Assembly (NCBI GenBank): GCA_025994075.1
Contig: JAMQGV010000015.1
Coordinates: forward strand, 45,091 to 109,090
DNA from: Vicinamibacteria bacterium
Lineage (GTDB): Bacteria > Acidobacteriota > Vicinamibacteria > Fen-336
Reading direction: 5' to 3'
DNA length: 64,000 bases
The position numbers were made by a program, and so were the translations under genes. The notes beneath the pieces were generated by a model that was not told where the DNA came from, did not search any database, and saw only the letters and a list, made by a program, of their open reading frames with translations. How positions within the stretch are numbered: the first letter of the stretch is position 1; every line of letters starts with the position of its first letter. Below are positions 1 through 7,411 of this stretch, piece after piece.

Positions 1-306
1 GCCGAGCGTCTTCACGAAGTCGCAGCCGGTGCCGCCGGCGACGAAGCCGAGGCGGACCGGCCGCCCCGACTCCAGCAGGCCGTTGGCCGCGTTGCCCCAG
101 GTGCCGTCCCCGCCCACGGCGACGACCGCGTCGGCGCCGCGCAGGGCGGCCTCGCGCGCCAGCCGCCGCTCGTCGCCGGGGGCCTCGGTGACGCCGTGCT
201 CGACCGCGAAGCCCTGGGCGCGCAGCCACGAGGTGACCGGCTCGATCAGGGTGGCCCCGCGCCCCTTGCCGGAGCGCGGGTTGAAGACGACGTAGAAGGA
301 GCTCAG
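1..306 (-). CDS. Diacylglycerol-kinase-fold lipid kinase (YegS/BmrU/LCB5-like), N-terminal part only; the gene runs off the left edge
   Basis: Hand translation of the minus strand gives LSSFYVVFNPRSGKGRGATLIEPVTSWLRAQGFAVEHGVTEAPGDERRLAREAALRGADAVVAVGGDGTWGNAANGLLESGRPVRLGFVAGGTGCDFVKTLG. This contains the GGDGT loop and the GTGxDF motif of the DAGK catalytic domain. It is absent from the ORF track because it is open at the window edge. No ATG/GTG/TTG lies at the expected N-terminus. A CTG at 306..304 overlaps the upstream stop (CTGA). Confidence 0.7.
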   Translation of the reverse strand, partial: MSSFYVVFNPRSGKGRGATLIEPVTSWLRAQGFAVEHGVTEAPGDERRLAREAALRGADAVVAVGGDGTWGNAANGLLESGRPVRLGFVAGGTGCDFVKTLG

Positions 307-971
307 GCGGTCTGCAGGGTCAGCAGCGGGTCGAAGGTCTGGATCCCCCGCCGCATCCAGATCTCGCGGAACGGCGCCTCCGCGACGTCGCCGATCTGCA
401 GCACGCGGTTGAACGGGTGATCGTGCAGGACCAGCCGCCCCGTCTCCTCCTCGTGCTCGCTCTGCTCGCCCTCCATCACGATGTTGGCCTGGTAGGCGCC
501 CGACTCGTCCTTCATGAACGACTGGTAGAGCTGCTCCACCGGCTGCCACGAGTGCTCGCCGATGGTCAGTTCGGCGAGCGGCGTGCCGTCGAGCGTGACC
601 TTTGCCCCGAGGGTGCGCTCGTCGCGCACCCACTCGATGCCCACGTCCTCCATCCAGTGCGGCAGGTGCCAGCGCTCGATCGCGTGCTCGCGCGCCGCCC
701 GGGTCGTGGTGCCGACCATGTACGGGTAGAGCGCGAACTTCGGCAGCCGTTCGCCCGGCTTGACGATCGGAGCCACGACCACCGACATCACGACCTCGCC
801 GTAGGGCCCGACCGAACTGCGGTCGAAGTCGAAGCAGGTCATCGAGAAGATCGACGTGCCGTGGTGCAGTTCGGCCGGCTGCAGGTGCGGGGGCAGGATG
901 CGCCGGGCGTTCTCCGTCGGGAACTCGAAGAAGCCGGAGATGACGTCGGCGTAGCCGTAGACGGTCTTCAA
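303..971 (-). CDS. Acetoacetate-decarboxylase-like (ADC-fold) family protein, tentative
   Basis: This is the C-terminal 222 codons of track ORF 303..2333 (LKTVYGYADVISGFFEFPTENARRILPPHLQPAE...GPYGEVVMSVVVAPI...LYPYMVGTTTRAAREHAIERWHLPHW...). The composition is normal, unlike the Arg/Pro-rich upstream part of that ORF. The TTG start at 971..969 overlaps the stop of the upstream synthase (TTGA). The family call rests on my recollection of ADC-family sequence patterns only. Confidence 0.5.
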   Translation of the reverse strand: MKTVYGYADVISGFFEFPTENARRILPPHLQPAELHHGTSIFSMTCFDFDRSSVGPYGEVVMSVVVAPIVKPGERLPKFALYPYMVGTTTRAAREHAIERWHLPHWMEDVGIEWVRDERTLGAKVTLDGTPLAELTIGEHSWQPVEQLYQSFMKDESGAYQANIVMEGEQSEHEEETGRLVLHDHPFNRVLQIGDVAEAPFREIWMRRGIQTFDPLLTLQTA

Positions 972-2248
972 CGGATGATGCCCTCCTCGCGGAGCACGCC
1001 GGCGACGACGTGGACCGCGGTCTCGAGGTCTTCTTCGGTGTGCGCCGCGGAAACCGACACCCGCAGCCGCGACTTGTGCTTCGGCACCGCCGGGTAGGTG
1101 ACCGGCTGCAGGAACAGGCCGCGGTCCTGGATCTTCTCGGCGACCGCGAAGACGCGGGCGTCGTTGTTGACCATCACCGGCATCACCTGCGAGGTGGACT
1201 TGCCGATGTCGACGCCTTCTTCCGCGAAACGCCGGCGCAGGTAGGCGACGTTCGACCACAACTTCGTGCGCAGCTCCGGCTCGGCGGCCGCGATCCGCAG
1301 GCCGGCGAGCAGCCCGGCCGCGACCGGCGGCGCCAGGTTGCAGGAGAAGAAGCGCGAGCGGCCGAAGGCGTTGACGTAGTCGATCAGGTCGCGGCTGCCG
1401 CAGACGAAGCCGCCCTGGCCCCCGAGGCTCTTCGAGAACGTCCCGAGGTGGAAGTCGACCTCGTTGTCGAGCCCGAAGTGCTCCGCGACGCCGCGGCCGT
1501 TGGGGCCGAACAGGAAGGTCGAGTGGGCTTCGTCGATCAGGATGCGCGCGCCGTGGCGCTTGGCCACCTCGACGATCTCGGGCAGCACGCAGACGTCGCC
1601 GTCCATCGAGTAGACGCCCTCGACGACCACCAGCTTCTTGCCCTTGGCCTTGTTCAGCTTGCGCTCGAGGTCGAGCGGGTTGTTGTGGCGGAACCACAGC
1701 GTGTTCGACTTGGCGAGGATCGCGCCGTCGACGATCGACGCGTGGGAGTACTGGTCGAGGATGATGTAGTCGCCCGAGCGCATCAGCGCGGCGATGAAGC
1801 CGACGTTCGCCGAGTAGCCCGTCGGGAACAGGATGGCGGCTTCCTTGTCCTTGAACTCGGCCATCTCGCGGGCGAGCTGGCGATGGACCTCGAGGGTCCC
1901 GGACAGGATCGGCGAGCCCGAGGCCCCGAGGCCGTACAGGTTCGTCGCGTCGATCGCCGCCTGCTTCACCTCGGGCCGGTAGGAGATCCCGAGGTAGTTG
2001 TAGGAAGCGAGGTTGATCAGTTCCTGGACCCGGCCGGTCTTGCCGTTCCGGACCTGGACCCGGGTCGCGGGCGCGGACTGCAGGGCCTCGGAATAGAGGT
2101 AGTAGCCGTTCGGCCGGGCCTCGCGCCACCAGTCCGAAAAGGGGCCGAGCAGGTTCAGCGGGTCGTCGCCCGCACCGTAGTAGAAATTGCTGTAGTCGTA
2201 CTCGGCGAACGTCGACTTGCCGGGGTCCTTGCCTTGGACCGGATCCAT
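968..2248 (-). CDS. PLP-dependent alpha-oxoamine synthase family enzyme (serine palmitoyltransferase / BioF / Kbl-like)
   Basis: 426 aa. Motifs seen: NLASYNYLG, GSPILSGT, FPTGYSAN, VEGVYSMDGD, IDEAHS and the PLP-lysine motif GTFSKSLGG. Confidence 0.85.
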   Translation of the reverse strand: MDPVQGKDPGKSTFAEYDYSNFYYGAGDDPLNLLGPFSDWWREARPNGYYLYSEALQSAPATRVQVRNGKTGRVQELINLASYNYLGISYRPEVKQAAIDATNLYGLGASGSPILSGTLEVHRQLAREMAEFKDKEAAILFPTGYSANVGFIAALMRSGDYIILDQYSHASIVDGAILAKSNTLWFRHNNPLDLERKLNKAKGKKLVVVEGVYSMDGDVCVLPEIVEVAKRHGARILIDEAHSTFLFGPNGRGVAEHFGLDNEVDFHLGTFSKSLGGQGGFVCGSRDLIDYVNAFGRSRFFSCNLAPPVAAGLLAGLRIAAAEPELRTKLWSNVAYLRRRFAEEGVDIGKSTSQVMPVMVNNDARVFAVAEKIQDRGLFLQPVTYPAVPKHKSRLRVSVSAAHTEEDLETAVHVVAGVLREEGIIR

Positions 2249-2369
2249 AAGGCGATCTCCTTGTGCGCTCGGCGCGCGAGCGGCGGGAGTCTAGCAGGTC
2301 CGCCCCCGCCGGTAAACGGCGCGCGTGCGCCAAGTCGCCGGTCGGCTTGGACTTGCGGCCCGCGGGGCG

Positions 2370-3164
2370 TCAGCGCGGGCGGAACAGCTCCCCGGCGAGC
2401 CGGCGGCTCAGGCGCCGCGGCACGAGCGACTGGGCGGCGACGGTGAGCCGGTTCTGGAAGCCGGGCACCACCACCAGGGTCCCCTTCTCCAGCGCGGCGA
2501 GCGAGGCGGCCACGACCTCCTCGGGCGAACTGGCGGGCGTCCTGTCGAACAGCACCTTGTCGGTGCCGGCGACCTGCTGGAACTCGGTGCGGATGTTGCC
2601 GGGGCACAGGGCCTGGACCCGCACGCCGGTGCCCTCGAGCTCCCCGGCCAGCGACTCGGTGAAGGACAGCAGGAACGCCTTGGACGCAGCGTACGCGGCG
2701 AAGAACGGGACCGGCTGGAAGGCCGACATCGACACCACGTTGATCAGGCGGCCCCGCCCCCGCTGCACCATCGCGGGCAGCCAGCGGCGGCACATCTCCA
2801 CCGCGGTGCGCACGTTGAGATCGACGACCCCGAGTGAGGCCTCCAACGGCCGCTCGACGAAGCGGCCGGTGTCGCCCCGGCCCGCGTTGTTGACGAGCAG
2901 GTCGATCTCGCGCCCGCGCTCGCGCAGTTCCGCCTCGAGGCGGCCCGGGCCGTCGGCGGCAGCCAGGTCGAGCGCGACGACGTCGACCCGCCCGGCCCCC
3001 CCCAGCTCCTGCTGCAGCTCGCGCAGGCGCTCGATCCGGCGCGCCACCACGACCACCCGTTCGCCCCGCGCCACCAGCGCCCGGGCGAACGCAGCGCCGA
3101 TCCCGCTCGAGGCCCCGGTCACCAGCGCCCAGGGCTCGTCCGTCGTGCTCCGCTTTCGCGCCAT
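2370..3164 (-). CDS. Short-chain dehydrogenase/reductase (SDR) family oxidoreductase
   Basis: 264 aa. The N-terminal TGASSGIG Rossmann motif, NNAG and the YAASKAF catalytic Tyr-x3-Lys are present. Confidence 0.85.
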   Translation of the reverse strand: MARKRSTTDEPWALVTGASSGIGAAFARALVARGERVVVVARRIERLRELQQELGGAGRVDVVALDLAAADGPGRLEAELRERGREIDLLVNNAGRGDTGRFVERPLEASLGVVDLNVRTAVEMCRRWLPAMVQRGRGRLINVVSMSAFQPVPFFAAYAASKAFLLSFTESLAGELEGTGVRVQALCPGNIRTEFQQVAGTDKVLFDRTPASSPEEVVAASLAALEKGTLVVVPGFQNRLTVAAQSLVPRRLSRRLAGELFRPR

Positions 3165-3274
3165 CGGCCGCGGAGGATAGCAGACGCCTCGCCGGCCTTT
3201 AGGCTATGCTCCGCCTTCCGCCGCGGGGATTTTCGTCCCCCCCGCGTCCCTTCTGAACCGAGCCCCGACCGAAC

Positions 3275-4381
3275 ATGGCCAACCTCGCCGCCGCCAACGT
3301 GATGCACCGCAAGACCCGGACCCTCGTGTCCGTCTTCGCGGTCGCGATGGAGGTGGCGATGGTGATGGTGCTGGTCGGGCTCGCCAGCGGCACCCTGGGC
3401 GAGATCGCCAACCGCCTCGAGAACGTGGGCGCCGACGTGCTCTTCCAGCCGCCCGACGCCTCCCTGCTGCTGGGTGCGACCGCGGCCGTGATGCCGGTGC
3501 GCTACATCGAGATCATGAAGACCGTGCCCGGCGTCGTCGACGCCACGCCCGTGCTGAACTGGCACGTCTCGCAGATCAAGGGCGAAACGCGGGCGATCAA
3601 CCTGTGGGCGATCGACTACCCCTCGTTCAGCCGCATCTCCGGGGGCCTCGACATCCTGGAGGGCCGCGGGCTGGAGCAGCCCTTCGACCTGGTGATCGAC
3701 ACGGTACTGGCCAACGCCAGCGGACTCGAGGTCGGCGACCCGATGCCGATGATGAACCGCGACTTCAAGGTCGCAGGCATCTGCCGGGCAGGCGCGGGCG
3801 GGCGCCTGTACGCGCGCATCGAGGACGTCCAGGACGCGATCGGCGAGCCGGGCAAGGCCTCGTTCTTCCTGGTCAAGGGCGTCGACTCGAAGCAGGCCGA
3901 CGCGCTGGCCGAGGCGCTCCAGCAGAAGTTCAAGGGCCACAAGATCACGCCCGTCGCCCAGGTCTCCAGGGCGATGCAGCAGAACGCGATCGGCCTGCAG
4001 CAGTTCAAGGAGGCGCTGACCGCGATGGCGGTCGTGATCTCGTTCCTGGTGGTGCTGCTCGCGATGTACACGACGATCATCGAGCGCACCCGCGAGATCG
4101 GCATCCTGCGGGCCATCGGCGCCACCCAGGGCCGCGTGGTCCAGTACGTCGTGGCCGAGAGCTTCCTGATCTGCCTCGCCGGCGTCGTGCTCGGCAACCT
4201 GCTCGCGGTCTTCGCCCAGTGGTTCCTGCCCAGGGTCTTCCCGATGCTCAACATCGCGCTGAGCCGCGACTGGGCGCTGATCGCCGCGGCCCTCGGCCTG
4301 GTCGGCGGACTCCTCGGCGCGATCTACCCCGCCATCAAGGCAGCTCGCCTGGACCCCGTCCAGGCCCTCAATTTTGAGTAG
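3275..4381 (+). CDS. FtsX/MacB/LolE-type ABC transporter permease, with no partner ATPase adjacent
   Basis: 368 aa. It has an N-terminal TM helix, a large extracytoplasmic domain, and a C-terminal FtsX-type region (IERTREIGILRAIGAT...YPAIKAARLDPVQAL). Confidence 0.8.
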   Translation: MANLAAANVMHRKTRTLVSVFAVAMEVAMVMVLVGLASGTLGEIANRLENVGADVLFQPPDASLLLGATAAVMPVRYIEIMKTVPGVVDATPVLNWHVSQIKGETRAINLWAIDYPSFSRISGGLDILEGRGLEQPFDLVIDTVLANASGLEVGDPMPMMNRDFKVAGICRAGAGGRLYARIEDVQDAIGEPGKASFFLVKGVDSKQADALAEALQQKFKGHKITPVAQVSRAMQQNAIGLQQFKEALTAMAVVISFLVVLLAMYTTIIERTREIGILRAIGATQGRVVQYVVAESFLICLAGVVLGNLLAVFAQWFLPRVFPMLNIALSRDWALIAAALGLVGGLLGAIYPAIKAARLDPVQALNFE

Positions 4382-4411
4382 TATCCAAGAGGACTTGCGT
4401 TACAGAATCTC

Positions 4412-5026
4412 ATGAAGCTTCTCAACTCGCTGATCGAGAAGGTCTCGGACCACCCGGTCCTCTTCATCTTCTTTCGGGCCATCCTGGAGAACGACTTCAA
4501 GGCGATCCGCGCAGTCATCCGGCGCGACCTCGACATGTCTCCCGGCAAGCGGACGCTCGACCTCGGCTGTGGTCCGGGGGCGTTCTCGGACCTCTTCGAG
4601 CACCAGGATTACGTCGGCGCCGACCTGAACAAGCGCTACATCGACTACGCGCGGGAGAACCGCCGCGGCACCTTCGTCTGCTCGGACGCCCGTCGTGTCG
4701 ACTTGCCCGACGCCCGCTTCGATCAGGTGCTGATCTTCGGCCTCCTCCACCACCTCTCCGACGAGGACACGCGCGCGGTGCTGGCCGAGGCGAAGCGGAT
4801 GGCCGTGCCCGGCGGCGTGATCCTGGCGATCGAGGACATCCCGGCCCAGCACCGGCTCAACCTCGTCGGTCACCTGCTGCATGCCATCGAGAACGGCGAG
4901 CACATCCGGCCGACAGCGGACTACCGCCGCCTCTACGGTGAAGTCGGCCAGATCGAGGTCGAAGAGGAACTGCGCAGCGGGGTCTGCGACTACTACCTGG
5001 CCCGCATCCGACTGCCCCGGGCCTGA
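4412..5026 (+). CDS. Class I SAM-dependent methyltransferase
   Basis: 204 aa. It carries the motif I sequence LDLGCGPG and the downstream FDQVLIFGLLHHL and GGVILAIE motifs. An AAGAGGA Shine-Dalgarno-like sequence lies upstream. Confidence 0.8.
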   Translation: MKLLNSLIEKVSDHPVLFIFFRAILENDFKAIRAVIRRDLDMSPGKRTLDLGCGPGAFSDLFEHQDYVGADLNKRYIDYARENRRGTFVCSDARRVDLPDARFDQVLIFGLLHHLSDEDTRAVLAEAKRMAVPGGVILAIEDIPAQHRLNLVGHLLHAIENGEHIRPTADYRRLYGEVGQIEVEEELRSGVCDYYLARIRLPRA

Positions 5027-5032
5027 CCGCGA

Positions 5033-5878
5033 TCAGCGCTCGGCGGCGTTCTCCAGATCAGCGAGGATCCGCCGCAACGCGCCGATCACCTCCTCGCGCG
5101 ACACCTCGGTCTTCCTGAACTTGAGGTCCAGCGCGAAGGTCTTCTCCGGCGCCTGGAACTGGAAGACGTAGTTCTTCGCGCGCCCGGGCTTCTTCGCGAC
5201 CTCGCGCGCGGCCCGTCGAGCTACCTCGCGGGTGCCCCCGCCCTCCTGGATCTTCCTGACCAGGGCGATCATGCGGGCGGAGTCTCCCTGCCGCACGACC
5301 TGGAGGAGCAGCGACTTCGACTCCACGCCGCTCAGCCTGCACAGCTCCCTGACCTCGGCCGGCATCGCCGTCAGCGAGAGCATCTCGGTCACGGACGTGC
5401 GGCTCTTTCCCAGCCGCTCCGCCATCAACTCGTGGGTGTAGCCGTAGGCGTCCGCGAGTTGCTTGAGCCCATCCGCCTCCTCGAAAGGCGTCAGGTCGCG
5501 CCGCTGGAGGTTCTCGATCAGTGCGATCTCTGTGACTTCGGCATCCGAGCACTCGCGGATGACGCAGGGCACCTCGTCCAGTTCGGCCTCGCGGGCTGCA
5601 CGGTACCGCCGCTCGCCTGCGATGATCTGGAAGCGGCCGTCGAGCGGCCGAACCAGGATCGGCTCGAGTACGCCCTTCTCCCGCACTGACGCCACGAGTT
5701 CCGCGAGGTCGCCGATCTCTCGCCGAGGCTGGTCCGGGTTCGGGTCGATCTGGTCCAGCGGGATCAGGCGCCCCACCGGCTCTCCCGGGGTGCGGCCGAG
5801 TTGCTCGACGAAGTGCGTGTCGTGGCGCATGCGGAGCGTTCCCGGCAACCCGAAACGGCGCGCAGCGGTGTTAGACAC
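5033..5878 (-). CDS. parB: Chromosome partitioning protein ParB/Spo0J
   Basis: 281 aa. ParB box motifs are present (IDPNPDQPRREIGDLAELVASVREKGVLEPILVRP, IIAGERRYRAA) plus an HTH region. The GTG start overlaps the parA end by 8 nt. Confidence 0.9.
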   Translation of the reverse strand: MSNTAARRFGLPGTLRMRHDTHFVEQLGRTPGEPVGRLIPLDQIDPNPDQPRREIGDLAELVASVREKGVLEPILVRPLDGRFQIIAGERRYRAAREAELDEVPCVIRECSDAEVTEIALIENLQRRDLTPFEEADGLKQLADAYGYTHELMAERLGKSRTSVTEMLSLTAMPAEVRELCRLSGVESKSLLLQVVRQGDSARMIALVRKIQEGGGTREVARRAAREVAKKPGRAKNYVFQFQAPEKTFALDLKFRKTEVSREEVIGALRRILADLENAAER

Positions 5879-6695
5879 GTTCGATGACCTCCTCGCAGAG
5901 CCTGTAGTACTCGAAGGCGCCGCTGGACTGGGGCGCGAAGGTGAAGATGGACTCCTTGTGGGCGGGACTCTCCTCGAGCCGGATGCTCTTGGAGATCGTC
6001 GTCTGGAAGACCCGGTCTCCGAAGACGTCGGAGACGGCCTTCTGGACGTCTCGCGCGAGGGTCGTTCGCTTGTCGTAGAGCGTGATCACTGCGCCGAGCA
6101 GCTTGAGCTGCGGGTTGGGCCGCGAGCGGATCTTCTCGACGGTCTCGAGCAGGTCGTCCGTGCCCTCGAGCGCGAAGTAGGACGACTGGACGGGCACCAG
6201 CAGGTGCGTCGCGGCCACCAGCGCATTGACGGTGATCAAACCGAGCGCCGGCGGCGTGTCGATCACCGCGAAGTCGAACTCGGCGGTCACTGCCGCCATG
6301 CGGTCCTTGAGGCGGAAGTGTCCGTCGATCTCCCCGACCAGTTTCGCCTCGACCTTGGCCAGGGCGATCCGCGAAGGCGCCAGAAAGAGGTTCTCCAGCC
6401 GCGTGGGCTGGATGACGTCACGCAGTTCGGCATCGCCGGCGAGCACGTCGTACATCGAGCGTTCGAGCGAACGGACATCCAGGTAGGTGATCGAGGAGTT
6501 CGCCTGCGGATCGAGGTCGACCAGCAGCGTGCGCTTGCCCCGCATGGCCAGGGCTGCCGCCAGGTTGATCGCCGTCGTGGTCTTGCCGACGCCGCCCTTC
6601 TGGTTCGCGATCGCGATGATCGTCAAAGACACCTCGTCAGCGAGATGGGATGATGATGGAGACGGGATCGTAGGGGACTCGATCCGTGGGGTCAA
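5871..6695 (-). CDS. parA: Chromosome partitioning ATPase ParA/Soj
   Basis: It carries the deviant Walker A motif IAIANQKGGVGKTTT. The track start is a TTG at 6695. A GTG at 6632 (giving VSLTIIAIANQKGG) would fit the usual ParA N-terminus better. Confidence 0.9.
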   Translation of the reverse strand: MTPRIESPTIPSPSSSHLADEVSLTIIAIANQKGGVGKTTTAINLAAALAMRGKRTLLVDLDPQANSSITYLDVRSLERSMYDVLAGDAELRDVIQPTRLENLFLAPSRIALAKVEAKLVGEIDGHFRLKDRMAAVTAEFDFAVIDTPPALGLITVNALVAATHLLVPVQSSYFALEGTDDLLETVEKIRSRPNPQLKLLGAVITLYDKRTTLARDVQKAVSDVFGDRVFQTTISKSIRLEESPAHKESIFTFAPQSSGAFEYYRLCEEVIERV

Positions 6696-6709
6696 GTGGC
6701 CGCGACACC

Positions 6710-7201
6710 CTACATCTTGTATTTTCCGAGATCGTCTTCGGAGAGCCCCTCGAGCCAGCGCTGGAGCCGCTCGACGTCTGCGGACCGGGGCACAGGCTGC
6801 GCCTCCGAGGGCTCGGGCGAATCGATCACCCTCTCCTCGACGAAGATCGGCGCGCCCGCACGAAGGGCCAGCGCGATCGCGTCCGAGGGCCGGGCATCGA
6901 CTTCGATGGGCCCCGCCGGGGTGACCAGGCGGATCGCTGCGTAGAAAGTGTTCTCGCGAAGGTCACACACCACGACCCGCTCGACGGTCCCGCTGAGGTT
7001 CTCGATCACGCTGCGCAGCAGGTCGTGAGTCATCGGGCGTGGCGTCTGGACGTTCTCGATCTGAAGCGCGATGGCGTTGGCCTCGAACACGCCCACCCAG
7101 ATCGGCAACATACGAGGGCCGGCTGGCTCCCGCAGTACGACGATCGGCATGCTGGTGATCGGATCGATCATCAGCCCGCGGATCGTCATCTCGACCAGCA
7201 C
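6710..7201 (-). CDS. Bifunctional nuclease family protein (DUF151/BFN)
   Basis: Sequence LMIDPITSMPIVVLRE...LPIWVGVFEANAIALQIENVQTPRPMTHDLL...RPSDAIALALRAGAPIFV is typical of DUF151. I place the start at the GTG at 7201..7199, 6 nt downstream of an AAGGAGG box (plus-strand cctcctt 7210..7216). The track ORF extends to 7312, into the palindromic intergenic region. Confidence 0.8.
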   Translation of the reverse strand: MLVEMTIRGLMIDPITSMPIVVLREPAGPRMLPIWVGVFEANAIALQIENVQTPRPMTHDLLRSVIENLSGTVERVVVCDLRENTFYAAIRLVTPAGPIEVDARPSDAIALALRAGAPIFVEERVIDSPEPSEAQPVPRSADVERLQRWLEGLSEDDLGKYKM

Positions 7202-7290
7202 CTGGCCCCTCCTTGTGGGGTCCGGCGCAATCGCAGCCGCGCCTGTTCCCGGGGCCAATATAGGCGCCCCAGCAGGGGCCGTCAACGAGG

Positions 7291-7310
7291 GATGTCGGCC
7301 GGCCGACATC
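7291..7310. repeat. Perfect 20-bp palindrome GATGTCGGCCGGCCGACATC (copy 1)
   Basis: I read it directly and confirmed by hand that it equals its own reverse complement. Its 18-bp core recurs at 7374..7391. Confidence 0.95.
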
Positions 7311-7313
7311 AAC

Positions 7314-7331
7314 CTGAATATCTATATTCAG
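7314..7331. promoter_or_regulatory. AT-rich inverted repeat CTGAATAT-ct-ATATTCAG, a candidate operator
   Basis: It has 8-bp perfect arms and a 2-bp spacer. It lies in the AT-rich core between the two GC palindromes and overlaps the candidate -10 hexamer of the minus-strand promoter. Confidence 0.4.
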
Positions 7332-7349
7332 CAGCCAGATAGGCGCCAA
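7321..7349 (-). promoter_or_regulatory. Candidate sigma-70-type promoter for the nuclease-parA-parB operon
   Basis: The minus strand reads TTGGCG (7349..7344), a 17-nt spacer, then TATAGA (7326..7321). It sits about 120 nt upstream of the GTG at 7201. This is a pattern match only. Confidence 0.3.
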
Positions 7350-7373
7350 CTAGTAACAAGATGCATCAGCAAA

Positions 7374-7391
7374 ATGTCGGCCGGCCGACAT
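7374..7391. repeat. Perfect 18-bp palindrome ATGTCGGCCGGCCGACAT (copy 2), possibly the miaB terminator hairpin
   Basis: It lies 20 nt downstream of the miaB stop (7412). On the minus strand the hairpin is followed by TTTGCTG, a weak U-tract. Confidence 0.9.
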
Positions 7392-7411
7392 CGCCCTCGA
7401 GATGGCGAAAG

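Noticed and set aside
972-2333. The upstream two-thirds of the 676-aa track ORF 303..2333 on the minus strand
   Set aside because: It is extremely Arg/Pro/Gly/Ala-rich with no recognisable motifs. It lies out of frame over the well-supported alpha-oxoamine synthase gene (968..2248). Only the last 222 codons (303..971) look like a real protein. This is a typical high-GC shadow frame.
7202-7312. The N-terminal extension of the DUF151 nuclease ORF (track start at 7312) and the mirror small ORFs starting MSAGRH... / ...VGRPTS...
   Set aside because: These peptides are simply translations of the two palindrome copies in different frames. A strong AAGGAGG Shine-Dalgarno sequence precedes the GTG at 7201, and DUF151 similarity starts there.
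5033-7411. An expected parS site (TGTTNCACGTGAAACA) in or around parB, parA or their upstream region
   Set aside because: I could not recognise a match by eye, and the palindromes at 7291..7391 have a different sequence. A computational scan allowing 2-3 mismatches would be needed to be sure.
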